Below, piece after piece: positions 21,918-35,060 of a stretch of DNA of 64,000 nt. The translations under genes were made by a program, and so were the position numbers. This stretch comes from Rhina ancylostomus (taxonomy: Eukaryota), in the NCBI GenBank assembly GCA_030265395.1, contig JARFYF010000071.1, positions 9,949,144 through 10,013,143 on the forward strand. Direction: 5' to 3'. A model generated the notes under the pieces. The model was not told the DNA's origin and made no database searches. It saw only the letters and a list, made by a program, of their open reading frames with translations. Positions within the stretch are counted from its first letter, which is position 1, and each line of letters begins with the position of its first letter.

Positions 21918-23853
21918 TCACACCATACTGAAGGGCAGGACTGCTGCACACAAATCTGATGATCCATATCTGAACAAGAATTCGAGGTATGACCTTCGGA
22001 AAGTTATCACGGATGCCAAGCGGCAATACCGACTCAAAATAAGAGTCCCTGACCAGCCGTCAGTTATGGCAGGGCTGACTCGCCATAATAGGCTACGAGA
22101 CAAAGTCAAGCTGCAGAACCAACAACAGCGCATCCCTTCCTCATGAACTTAACGCATTCTATGTGCATTTTGAACAAAAGGGAAGTGGATTGTCACCATC
22201 CACCCTGACAGCCATCAACGCAGATGAACCTATGATCAGAGTGGAGGACGTAAGGTCAGTCTTCCGGAGAGTGAACACAAGGAAAACACCTGGCCTAGCT
22301 GGTGACTCTGGCCGTGTGTTCAAATCTGTGCTGACCAGCTGGCAGAAGTATTTGTGGACATATTCAACCTCTCCCTTCTTCAATCTCAGGTTCCCTCCTG
22401 TTTCAGTAAGATCACTATCATCACGGTACCGAAGAAAAGCAAAGTAGCATGCCTTAATGGCAACCGACCAGTGGCTGTGACATCCAGCATTATGAAGTGC
22501 TTTGAGATGTTGGTTATGGCACGTATCACCTCCAGTTTACCAAACAATCTGGACCCATTGTAATTCGCCTATCGCCGAAAAATGTCTACAACGGTTGCCA
22601 TCTCCCTCCCTTACACTCAGCTCTGGAGCAGCTGGACAGTAAAGATACCCACTTGCGACTATTTTTCATTGACAACAGCTGTGCATTCAATACAATAACC
22701 CCATGGAAGCTTGTCACCAAACTCCGAGACCTAGAACTCAACACCTCTCTCTGTAACTGGATCCTTGACGTTCTAACAAGCAGACCGCAATCAGTGAGGA
22801 TAGGCAGCAATACCTCCGGCACGATTATTCTCAACACTGCTGCCCCACGAGGCTGCGTCCTCAGCCCTCTACTCTACTCCCAATAAGCTCATGACTATTT
22901 GGACGGATTCTGCTCCATCTCTTTCTACAAGTTTGCAGATGATACCACCGTTGTAGGCCGAATCTCAAACAGCGATGAGTCGGAGGACAGGAAGGAGATA
23001 GAGAGCCTATTGGAATGGTGTTATGTAAACAAACTTCCCCTCAATGTCAACAAAACAAAATAACTGGTCATTGACTTCAGGAACGGGGACGGTGTATATG
23101 CACCTGTCTACATCAATGGTGCTGAGGTCGAGAGGGTTGACAGCTTGAAGTTCCTGGGAGTGAACATCACCAACATCCTGTCCTGGTCAAATCACGTAGA
23201 TGCCAAGGCCAAGAAAGATCACCAGACCCTCTACTTCCTCAGGAGCTAAAGAAATTTGTTTTTTCCCCTTTGACTGTCACCAACTTTTACAGATGCATCA
23301 TAGAAAGCATCCTATCTGCATGTATTACGGCATCGTACGGCAACTGCTCTGCCCATGACTGCAAGAAACTGTAGAGAGTTGTAGACACAGCCCAGCGCAT
23401 CACGGACACCAGCCTCCCCTCCTTGCATTCTGCCTGTAACTCTCGTTGTTGTGGTGCAGCAGCCAACATAATCAAATACCCCACCCACCTGGGACATTCT
23501 ATCTTCTTTCCTCTTCCATCGGGCAGAAGATACAGGAGTATGAGGGCACACACCACCAGACTTGTGCAGCTTCTTCTGCACTGTGCTAAGACTATTGAAC
23601 TGTTCCCTTATACAATTAGATGAACTATGACCTCACGATCTATCTTGTTGAGAATTTGCACCTGATTACACGACACTTTCCCTCAATCTGTGACACTTTG
23701 TACTGTTAATGTTTTTATCTGTACTACGTCATTGCACTTGTATTACGCAATGTCATTTCACTGTTTAATGAATTGACCTGTACGATCGGATTGTAAGAAG
23801 ATTTTCACAGTACCTCGGTACAAGTGACAATAATAAACCAATACCAATACCAA
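21918..23853 (+). mobile_element. Rex1/Babar-like LINE, 5'-truncated, with decayed RT
   Basis: [43 protein letters not shown] and YKFADDTTVVG; 3' tail AATAATAAA(CCAATA)n. Confidence 0.9.
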
Positions 23854-24674
23854 TTTAATAGATTTCCAATAAGAGGTAATCAGATGTATTTCTGGGTGAA
23901 GTGTAATTAATGTTATTTACATGAGCTCCATGAGTCAACAATGACTCGCGTGGAAGACTGGACTGAAATGGTGGAGGTTATGGTATGTAGGACACGTTGG
24001 TAAATTAGATACAAAATTATCTCAGTACAGGAGTCAGAGGATGTGGAGGCGGCCGTTGTCAATTGGGAGCATGTAATACCAGTCATGCCACAGGGCTCTG
24101 TGCTGTGAAACTAAACATGTGTAGTTTCTCAGATCTCCTCAAACGTATACTTCTGCTCTCTGATTTTAGACGTCCCTTTTTCGGAGAAAAGTCTCTCATT
24201 ATCCGCCTATGTGTTCCGGTAATAATTAGATGCTTCTGTGTCAGACCTCTGCGGTCAATATTTGTTGTGTTTGCGCTTTTGTTATATTCTTTCAGCTCAA
24301 AAGAAGACTGAATATGTCACTGACTTCACGAGAACGTCGTAAGCAGTCGCAAGTACGTCGTACTATAGTCGAGAAAATAAAATGCTTGCCTCTGGGAACC
24401 TTTGGCTCTGAGTTTATCTTGTTTCTCCTTTCCTGTAGGAATTCTCAGGTTCAGGAATTGATGTTGCTCTCCTGTGCAAATAGAAATAATAAAACGAAAT
24501 ATAAACTCAGGTTCTGGAAATCTGAAGAGAAAACAGAAAATACTTGTCAGCAAGCATGTGACGAAAGAGCTTCGGAGTTTCTTTTTAGGGACCGAGACCC
24601 ATCATCAGACATTTGAAGTCAAGTCGTTCTGAGGTAGGTTCCCATATCTGAAACTATAAAACAATTTACAACAT

Positions 24675-25720
24675 GGAACATGGAAAAGTAGAGCACAGGA
24701 TCAGCTCTTTCGGCCCACAATGTTGTGCAGAAACTAATACAGCAAGTGGCGAAATACCAAACTAAACAAATATTTTCTGGAAGGATAATGGCCATATCCT
24801 TCCATTCTCTGCGCATCCACGTACATACGCAAGTGCCTTTTAATCGCCTCTGTCGCATTGGCCTCTCTTTCCCCCCACCCCCGCCTGGCACCGCACTGCC
24901 TCCATTCTCTACTGTCTGAGCAAAAAAACTTGATCCACATATTTCCCTTGAACTTACCGCTCTCATCTTGAATGCATGTCTTCTAGTATGAGACTTTTTG
25001 AACATGTAAAATACATATCGTCAGTTTACCCTATCTGTGCCTCTCATAATCACATAAACCTATGTCAGATCTCCCGATCCAGAGTAAACAACCCACATTT
25101 CTCCAACTTCTCCTCATTGCACATGCCCTCTAATCCAGGCAGCATCCTGGGAAGTCTCTTTTGCATTATCTCTAACCCTCTACATCCTTCCTCTGACGGG
25201 GCGGACAAGAATTTAATGCAGTGGTCGAAGATGCGGCCTAACCGGCTGAGTATTAAAAAGCTGTAACATAACTTCATGACTCTTGAACTAAATCCCTAGA
25301 CTAACAAAGTCAAGCATTTCCTACGCCTTCTTTAACACCCTAGCAATCTGTTAAGTTCCTTTGAGGGAGCTCTGGACTTGGCGCCCTGATCACACTGTCG
25401 ATGCACAATACCAAGGGTCCTGTTATTAACTGAAAACTGTTGCTTTTCGTTTGATCTCCCAAAGTGTAACACTCACTTGGCCGAATTAACCTTCTACTGC
25501 CATTTCTCCGCTAATATTTTCCACCAATATGCACACTGGCAATGCCCTACATTATCCATAATACCACCAGCAATTTTTGTATTGTCAGCGGACTTACGGT
25601 ATATATATAGCAAGTTCGCTGACGGTACAAAGTTTGGCGGTGTTGTGGTTAATATATGCACATATACACATATCACAAACCGCAAAGATCATAGTACGGA
25701 TCCCGGAGGAACACCACTAG
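24675..25720 (-). mobile_element. CR1 LINE 3' fragment
   Basis: Minus-strand KSADNTKIAG and MQKRLPRMLPGLEG...LEKCGLFTL, plus a CR1-type 3' stem-loop tail. Confidence 0.75.
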
Positions 25721-26487
25721 TCACAGATCACAGCGAGAATGTCTCTTCTCTTTTCCTAAATGCTGCCTGACCTGCTGAGTGTTGCCAACATTTTATGCTT
25801 ATGTCTTCTCAATGGTCTCCCTCCTTCCTGTGTAACCTTCTGATAAATTTGGGCGAATATGTTCCATTATTAACTGGCAGTTAAATCTATTCTCTCTGTC
25901 TTCACTGAATCGAGAGAATTGTCCGTGTGTGACCTTATGGTCCAAAGACAACAAAAGGCTTCCTTCTTGGGGATCTGAGGTGCACTTCAGGCGTCTATTT
26001 ACAATGATGTCAGTTCCGTCCTCATATGGGTCAACTGCACTGGGTCACTTGTCAATCAGTTCTCACAGAGGCCGACTTCCCTGGCATGTTTCCAGAAGAG
26101 AACTTTGGATCAAAAGAGAGCATGTCATGCCCATGCGCAATGGACAAAACACGATGGGATTCAGTGATGACAAATTCCTTCATTGTAACCAGCTAATTGA
26201 TAGCGTATTCTATTCCAGAATCTCTGTGATTTCCAACTGGGCGTTTTGACATATATATAACGAAGTTTTTATGGCCTCCTAACAGCCTGTCTCTGCCTCT
26301 TGCCGACCGAACCTCGACATCAGGACGAAACGATCTGCATCGCAGAGTCGCGATGATTTATTTTCTGCATTGCCCTGCGAACCGCAACCGGCCAAACATT
26401 CAGATGATGGCACACAGTGTTCTCTTTCTGAAGTTGGACACTGAGAAACACTGGCCAGTGATGCCCATTCTGATTAGTTTGTTACAG

Positions 26488-27364
26488 TGAACCCAGCGGC
26501 GATAGCGATGCTGGCCGGTGAAAGAGAGGTCTCTGCGTCTGCACAATCTCCTAGCTGGTGGCCAAGGCAGCCACCGATCTGCGAACAATGGCTATCACGG
26601 TCATACTGAAGCGTATCAGCTTTTACTTCCCTGATCCTCTCTGGATATCCACCCACTCTGCTGTGTTATGACTTTTTCTCATGTGTGTGTCCAGGGATTG
26701 TTCTGCCTGCTTTATCTTCACTTTCAATTTCGATCGCTTTGTTCTTTTTGTTACCACATGATGAAAACGAATTATTGCACAGGAGAAACTGCGGCATGGT
26801 TCGAGCAAAAACTGGGTTTGCACTCTGTTTTTACCACTTCCCCTTCTGTTTCATATTTGACTCTCAAGACATAATTCACGACGTGCCTTGGTACTGTGAT
26901 AATAAATCAAGCTGTTAAACAGAGTCAGAGTGGGTGATATTTAGTACGGCTGATAACATTATGAACCCATTTCTCCCATTTGGTTTTATTTTATTGTTCA
27001 GTGTCCTGACAGTCAGGCACATTTTATTGACTATTCGTGTCCGTAAGGTACTGAAGGGTCCAAATGACCGGGGGATGGAGAGCTGAAGGAAGGTCTGTAA
27101 TTATATTCTTCACCATATCCGAAAACTTTATTGTTTTGTGGTCAAAGCTGTTCTCGAATTCTTGCAATATGATATTGCTGGAACAGATCCAAATAAGTAC
27201 AACGATTTCGAAGAAAGCTTTGGAAACTCGGATATATGCTACAGAATTTATCGTTACGCACGAACACGTTTATTAGTGGGGTCAATCAATCATATTTCAG
27301 ACAGAAGTTTGCGAAAGAGGTGAAATATCCAATATCTTCCCTCATTCGAATCATTAATAAATGA
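26488..27364 (+). pseudogene. Heavily decayed GPR139-like GPCR exon 2, copy 5
   Basis: Acceptor TTTGTTACAG|TG AAC. Recognisable remnants are LVAKAATDL, TTTCGATCGCTTTGTT (FDRFV), KTNYCTGETAA, IIHDVPWYC, RSVIIFFTISENFIVLW and EVKYP. Many indels; exon 1 not identified. Confidence 0.75.
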
Positions 27365-30300
27365 AACCGCTGAACACTGGCAAACAGCGCCTCTGCAGCG
27401 GGGGACAGGAGAATCAGTGTATTTTACAGAGGAACGTCCAATGATTCGAAAATATTCCGAGTAACGCGTTATCACAGCTGTCTGTGTAACTGACACTTGG
27501 AGTCCACACTGCGCCTGAAGTCACCTCTGTGTAACATTACCAAAGCAGCCTTCCACCACCTTTGTTATGCCCATGCTCGCCTCTACTTCACCTAATGTGC
27601 GTTCTCCCCACCAATTTCCATCTTACTTTTCTTAATAACAGTCAAAGCTGACAATCGATTTCTCCTCTCCGTTCCGATTCCCGGGGCTGCTATTCTACAA
27701 GATCTTCGGCTGTGATGAAACTCCTCTTCGAAGCCCCTCTGCGTCTGACATTGACATTTGATTTCTGAAACTGCAGAACAGTGCGGAATATTTGCATTTC
27801 TCTAATCCTGGTGAGGAAGTAAAGAGTTAAGAAATTGTGACTGCGCATATAACTGATGAAAGAAATACCCTTTAAGCAAGAGCAAGCAAACCACTGACTC
27901 AGGACTAGATGGTAATTACTATGTCCGGACTTGGTTGCAAGCCAATTACACTTGATAATAAGAGTACTAGTTACATTTAACAGTGAGTAGGAAGAAGAAT
28001 GAAGGTGATACCTGTCTTTGAATCTCTTGATTATAAATCAATTATACTGAACAATAGGTGCGATGTCTGTCTCGGGATCTATGAGGCCTGACCGAAACTC
28101 GCGGCGCCGCATTCATTCAGTGTGCATAACAATATCTGTATAAATTACAGTCTGCTCCTTTGTATTGAGGATGCCTCGGTTAGCGACTCTCAACGAGTGC
28201 TGACGGGACTTCTCCCTGGCGGTATACTGAAAATAAACGCGTTTTACTAAATCAACCTGGTGGCACTGTGTTACTTTGCAGCAGACAGAAGTGGGAACTT
28301 AAAATCGGGATAGCACTGGCCTTTGCAATTCCGGTAATTTTGATTTCTGTATTTCACTTTTAATTTATTCATTCGCTGTACACCATCGACTTTGATATAA
28401 CATTTCCTCAAATATCCAAGTAGCGCGTTTCGCAACTCCCTGTAACTTTATAATTCACAAAACTCCAGGCTGTCTTGACAGGACAGATGTGAGAGTGATG
28501 TTGCCGCTTCATCGGGTGGAAAGAATCCACGATCATTGGTTCAAAACATTTGGCCGTCTGTTCCTTGTGATCTGAGAAGAAATTGGTTCTCCCATAATCC
28601 TCGGAGTACTGTATCCAAGACGCCTGTGAATGTCAGTCGTCGAGAACATTCATATATGAGATCGGGAACGTTTACATATTTCGCGAATTCAATGCGGGAC
28701 ATGCGGGAATTTAAAATGAACCCCAATTAAATAAAGTAGTAACCAAACTGCTTATTAATCGAAGTTTTATCATAACTTGGGCCAAATTCTGTGTTGCCAT
28801 CTGCTGAAATATTGCGCGAATACGATCGGCTTTGTTTTGACTTTGCAATTCTTTCCTAGTTCCCTGTGACTTGTGAGGTTACACGTTCTCTGCTCCCTAC
28901 TTTAAAACTGTGCAGCTTCTTTCCGCTTCTCTCGCAACATGCGTCCTAAAACCAAACAAACTCCAAACATGTCTGCATTGAACATAACCAGACCGAGTCT
29001 GCCCTTTTCAACGGTAGCCGAATTCCTCTGAAATACATCCCGATTCCTTTCCTCCTCAATTTGTGAGAGCTCAAAATGTGCAGAGCACTGTATTTGGTGA
29101 AGGAGAGAAGCATTGGAATTTTACTTAATTCAGCAGTTCAGCAACGCGTTTACGCATAATGTAGCATACAACATGCTCCTCCCATTAATGCGAATGTCAT
29201 TGTTTAATTTCCCTTTCATTAATATTTTCCATGAGCAAAAAATTAATAATGATTTTGGGGAAAAGATGGACACCTGGGTGGGTTTGAAATCAGCCTCAAT
29301 CACGATAAATGACGAAGTGGGTTCGAGAGGCTCAACGCTCCACAGCCGATCTTCTTCCGCATTTTCCACAAATCTGCGTGTACCCATTTTGATGCGTTTT
29401 TATCTTTCCGTTAATAAGAACAGTGGGAACCGAGCCCATGTTATACACAAGTCAGTTGGAAACCAAGTGGATACCACTGCATTCTCCTCCCTCTCAATTG
29501 GCCGATTCCATATGACTGCTGACAGCTCTGTACCCATTCCATAAATTTTCCGCCGCTTCCTGAATTTAACCCATCATGTACTTCCCTGTGTAAGAATATT
29601 GTCACCCCTCAAATTCAGGTGTAACACGCCCTTCTGTTCAGGTCAACCCTTGCCCAGGAAGTGCTCTCAATGATATGAAAAGCTGAAGAATTCCCTCTTG
29701 CATTCATATGTCCTGCCATTTTAATCTCACCAGCAACTGCCACGAGGAGTGATTCTGAGTTTACATCGCTTGAGGTCCTGCAGAGCAATGTCCTACCTAA
29801 CTCATTACATTCCCTCTGCCGGACCCGAATATCCTTCTTACCTACGTCACTGATATCAACACGTCTGGCATCTATTGTTCTCACCTTCCACGTTCAAGAT
29901 GTTCTCTACCCGTTCTGAGACATCCCTGATCATGGCACCATGGAGGAAATTCATCATACATGGAAGAATCTACACAGTCTCTTGACTATCGAGCCACTGC
30001 TGTCGGCAAATGACTACCGTAGGCTGCCATTTGATAATAGTTAAACAGGAGTGCGGACACTGCGAATTGCTCTGATCCTGTGTCCTGTCATGCTGAGAAC
30101 CAGAAGAATGAGGGGCTTGCAAAGGCACAATATTCTGCCACTAAATTCTTTCCGAAGTGAAATGATACACGCTACGAATGGAAGCTTGCCACAGTTGCCT
30201 CCAGGTATCTTCAAGGTCATGACTCTGGAACTCATGAGTTCATTCATGTCCTCAAAGGTTGCTTCACACATCAGGACTGAGGAAGAGCAACCTCAACCTC

Positions 30301-32102
30301 GCCCCACCCCTCTTGGTCCTGTCATTGCCATAGCGAAGTAGAAAGAAATAACATGGCCTCTTTGAGCAAAGTGGAGAAAACGTCAAACGTGTACCGCGAA
30401 ATCGATATCTGACACACACCGATATCAAAAAATGATTCAGCTTTCGTCAGCGGATCTTTCAGCGTGGGTACGCCGAAAGATACGCCGAGTCGCTCTTTCT
30501 GCACCAACCTCGAGTGCCGTCTCTCGGAGCATTGTAAACTCTGGTCCCTTCATATTATATTTAGGTCTCCTGCGGAGAGCGTAACGATGGGTGGGTCCAC
30601 TTCAGAGAAATCCCAGGTGGTACAAGTGGTCACGTGACCGATTGGGAGATGTGCTCACCGGGCAGAGGTTTAAGCAATTAGGTGTGCTGCCCACCAGTGG
30701 GGTGAATGTATATGAAATCGTACAACATAGCTGGGTTGGGAATAAAGATCTTGAATTGTGAGTTCAAACATCACCTCGGAAGAGGAAAGTTTAATTCAAT
30801 GATATGCAGTAAAACAATCCTAGAGTCAGCAACGGCAACAAGCAAACTAAAGGAGTGTTGTGAATCATAGGTCTTGCATCCCTTTCTGTTGCTCTGGCAA
30901 CGAGCGATGGAAGATTCTTCAATAAACCTCCACAAGTCTCGGCCGCGACCACAGTTTGAAGGTAAAAGCTACACAGCCATTGCAAGAAAGGAACTCTTCT
31001 CAATAGACAGAGCGCGATACACACTCCTCCCCGCTGATATTTACGAAGCCTACGTGACAACAATTATTGACGTAGCTTCTCATATAACCATTCACATTTC
31101 TACTCCAAGTATCACTTCATAAATTGCAAAGCCCCCTTTTTAAAACACACATCAAACACCTCCCTTTTGCATGTGTAGTACCTCCTGTCACATGGAATCC
31201 CTTTTGAAACAGGATTAATCAATGGACTAAATAGAATATATCATTCCTCTATTCAAATCCGATGAGAACTATCTTGCTCTCTCACCCAACATACTACAAT
31301 CCCATTCTATCCAGCCTGTCTGTCTTCGCCAGAAGTGTAGGGAACGCAGGAATATCACACGCGGACATTCTGATCAATTTCATTCCGTTTACATCCAGTC
31401 CATTTAATTGAGAGTCATCTCCGTTGCAGACCTTTACTTGGCCTCGGAGCCTCTACGTTACAACAAACTACAAAAGAGAGGAGAGTGATAAGGTCATGGA
31501 AAGTTCTATATAGTTCTATCCTTTACTGATGATAAGCGTAAAGCATGAACATAGACCCAATTACCAAAGAAAAATTCAGAGGAGTATCCTATATTGGAGG
31601 ACATTAAAGGCGTCAGACAACACGAAATGCAATGGGTGAGATCACCTGAAGACGTCACATTCCGCCATTATAGACCAGTCAACGTTTGATGTTCGAACAA
31701 TGAAATAATTAAAAAGAAAACAATTTTCCAAAACCAGACACTAAAAAAATATTTCGGATTTATTGGGGATTTGTATCTTTTAGGTGAACGAGATGTATTT
31801 TTCTTCTGTTTTGAGCAGGTATTTGTCAACCATTTGTTTATTGCGATACGATAGATTTCCATTCACATTCTCACTTCTGTTTGTTTTTGTCAACGGTAGT
31901 GGAATTTAATCCCATGCTTTTTGGGCCATTCATCCTGCATTGAAGATAATAATAAAATCGCTGTTGCCTGATCTGCTCAATCCGTTTCCAGTATTAAATC
32001 TTATCAATATCCGACAGGATATAGAAAGAACAGTCTCTTCAGCAGCAAATAAAACAGACTTCCGAATCACTATTTCAGAAATCAACGATTCTGGTTTGCA
32101 TT

Positions 32103-32977
32103 TTATTTACCAAGTTGCCCATTTAGTGTAAATAGAAATTTCACTCCATTCTTCAGCTCCTCCCTGAATTTCCTCTGTGTCAGTCCATAGAGACACGTGT
32201 TGGTGCAGGTACTGAGAAACTCCAGCATATACCCACACTGCTGTAGTATATATCTCGGCGTGCTTAAGTATCTTTCTGTGTAGAAGTAGTTTTCTATTTG
32301 CCATTTCATACTGTGTACAAAATAAGGAATCCACAGCAAAATGAAATTAGACGACAGAATGAACAACAAAATCATTGACTTTCTCCTCTTTTCCACCTCT
32401 GGATCCCTCTCATTCTCGCTGATGTTTCGGAGTCCCCGGCGGACCCGATTTGATGCTATAATGAATCTAACAGTTAAAATATTAAACAACAGAATTAAAC
32501 AGACTGGTAATGCTGGAGTTACGATATTGTCACACAACCTGTAGGCTCTCCACACGGGTGACGTTAGGTATTCAGCTTTGGCGGCGCAGCGCCGTGGATC
32601 CACTGCAAAGTAAAGTGGAATAGCCCGAGCACAGCTCCCTGCACACACTGTTATTTTCACCACAGTGGCTGTTCTCTCGTTGCAATAGCGTTTTCGGAGC
32701 TTCTGACAGCAGAGGGCGACATAACGATCGAATGTAAAACCAACCGTGAACCAAACGGAACAGTCCGAGATTGCACTGCGTAGGACAAGGACCGCATTAC
32801 ACACCGGAGTTCTCAACAAGAAATTAGCAAACATATAGATATAATTAATCTGCTCCAATACCACAGCGACGACAAGGCCCATCAGATCTGCTGCCGCCAT
32901 TGCCACCAGGTAGCGAGTGATGCATTTGGAGAGACCACATTTTCCGCGGGACAGGATCACAATCGCCGTTAAGTTCA
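32103..32977 (-). CDS. GPR139/GPR142-like orphan class A GPCR, copy 6, exon 2 (apparently intact; spliced protein 314 aa)
   Basis: TTTCTTTCAG acceptor in phase 1, then an uninterrupted frame covering the rest of the 7TM bundle: VNLTAIVIL, AMAAADL, TFDRY, ECL2 Cys, LLWIP, STCTNTCLY and helix 8 FREELKN. A family-like paralog, not claimed to be the GPR139 ortholog. Confidence 0.88.
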
Positions 32978-34990
32978 CTGAAAGAAATGACAAAATATGT
33001 TGTTACTTCCCAACGGACCTAGATTGTTCAGTGTGAATTGGTTTCCACAGTGACATTAATTTTCTGATCGGACCACTGATAGGAACCGCCGCCAGGTGAC
33101 CAGGTCGCCTGCGCTGACCAAATATGATGTGGATAGTTCAACAGACTGAAATTGCCCGAGCGACGTACAGCTGAGTTCTCTCTAATTTCGCGTTCTAAAC
33201 TCAACCGACAGGAACAACAGCTGGAGGCTGAGACGAGAACATAGCGCCTTCGGGTGGTTCTGCCATGCTGTGTTCAGATGGCCCGATACAAAGCGGAGGG
33301 CATCCAGCGCAGTCTCTGTCATTTTACTGGGGTTGGCGACTTGCGAGAAACGGCACATGCAGTGGAATGATTTGTTTCAATTTCCCATTACTTGAAGTTT
33401 TCATTAACTGTCCTCAGTTTGGTCACTTCTGAAATGAATGTATTTAAGAATTGCATCTGCAAAATATCTTGAAAAAGTTACATCTGATTCCGCAGTTATT
33501 TGGAGTCGACGTGGAAAGCCTTTTGACGTCACAAGACATCAAATGACTCTCATGGATATTCGGGGACAGGGAGTCACATCATCCCCGTTAAAATAATACG
33601 TCACTCTCTGGCCGCACGGCCTTGAGGAACGGAGATACCAGCGAGATGTCCAGGACGCGGGAAGCCATAGGACAGAAGAGATCAATTGGGTGAGAGGTGC
33701 ATGGTGTGAAACACAGAAGTTGCCGGGACAGTTGTGATTAGTGAAACGATTGGGGAAACGAATACGTTCATAGAAAACCTGTTGGAAATTTTAAGTAATG
33801 CACAACCAGATCGGTCGATATCCCCAGTATAGTTTAATTGGATGGCAAAAGTGGAGAATTAGAGAAGAGTCACCAAATGATCGCGGTGGTTCAAGTGATG
33901 GCACACAAAACACACTCCTGCTCCCTGTAAGGGAAGGAGTTGATGTTCGCGCTGGACAGGGTAGAATCAGTAATGGGGAAATGGCTATAGAAACTGTTCA
34001 GAGGACAAAAGTAATCTCGTTTGGAGAAATACATATGAATAATTGACAGACATGACTGCTCGGTTTTAAAGAACAATAAAATCATTTTTGATTTCCTTGG
34101 CTGTGCTTTTCAACTATCAACGAAGACACAAAAAACAGACTCGTATTTGTTGATGGAACACCAAATCGCATTTTCAAAGTTAACCCAGAAAAAACCTTCA
34201 GAATAGAGATAATTCGCAATGACTACACTGGAAAACAATTGACGGGAATTCGAAAGGATGATGACATGACAGGACCATTTGTTCATATTTCGATGTATAA
34301 AATGCGTCCATTGGACAGACAACAGAGTTTGGGTCATTGCTGTTTGCCCTGATAGTTTGACGACACGGATTTGCGTGGGTCCGTACAATTACAGTTCGTT
34401 CAATTTGGTATGACAGCAGAGAAAGGACACCATTTACATTCCGAGATAAGAAAAGCTGCCAGTAATTGTCTCCCTGCTTTCTCGCCTCTCCTTCAGTCAA
34501 TCTTCAGGCTATTGTGAGCACAATTGTGCTGGGCCTGCCCGAGGCCGAGCGGACTCAGCAGTAAACAGGTCTCACCTGGCAAACCACACACCTCTCAGCC
34601 CCGGCAAGTCCTGATTGCATGTGAAGGGAGGTAACGCTGGTGCAAAATCTTACCGACTGTGCGCTTTGTAAGCAGGCATATATATCTTGCATTCGGCGCT
34701 GTTGATAATAAAATATTAATGTGTATTACGTGCTTTCGTTGATCAGACTTAAATATATCTAAATGTATTGAAAGTTTTCTTTAAATTGCTATACTGAAAT
34801 ACACTATTAAAGAAATATAAATTACATTTTAGAATGTAAAAAGAGCCTAATTTTCTTTTCAGTTCCCACATCCTGAAATAATGTAATAGACTGAGCATTT
34901 GGACAGCAAGACACGTTAATGTACAATGCAGCCAAACGTATTACATTACATGGAGCTGCAAATCATCAGCATTCAGTTCCAGTCCCTTAC

Positions 34991-35060
34991 CAGGAATACC
35001 GACCGCTGCAAGGACAGGAGAGTAAATTCTGACGATGTGAAAAATTGTTGGATATTCCAT
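34991..35060 (-). CDS. GPR139-like GPCR, copy 6, exon 1
   Basis: 70 nt encoding MEYPTIFHIVRIYSPVLAAVGIP+G with a GTAAG donor. The phase matches exon 2, and the same 70-nt exon occurs in copies 1 and 3. Confidence 0.85.

Noticed and set aside
30570-31190. LTR-like stretches with TATA-like and AATAAA signals
   Set aside because: No clear paired termini, target-site duplication or second copy in the window.
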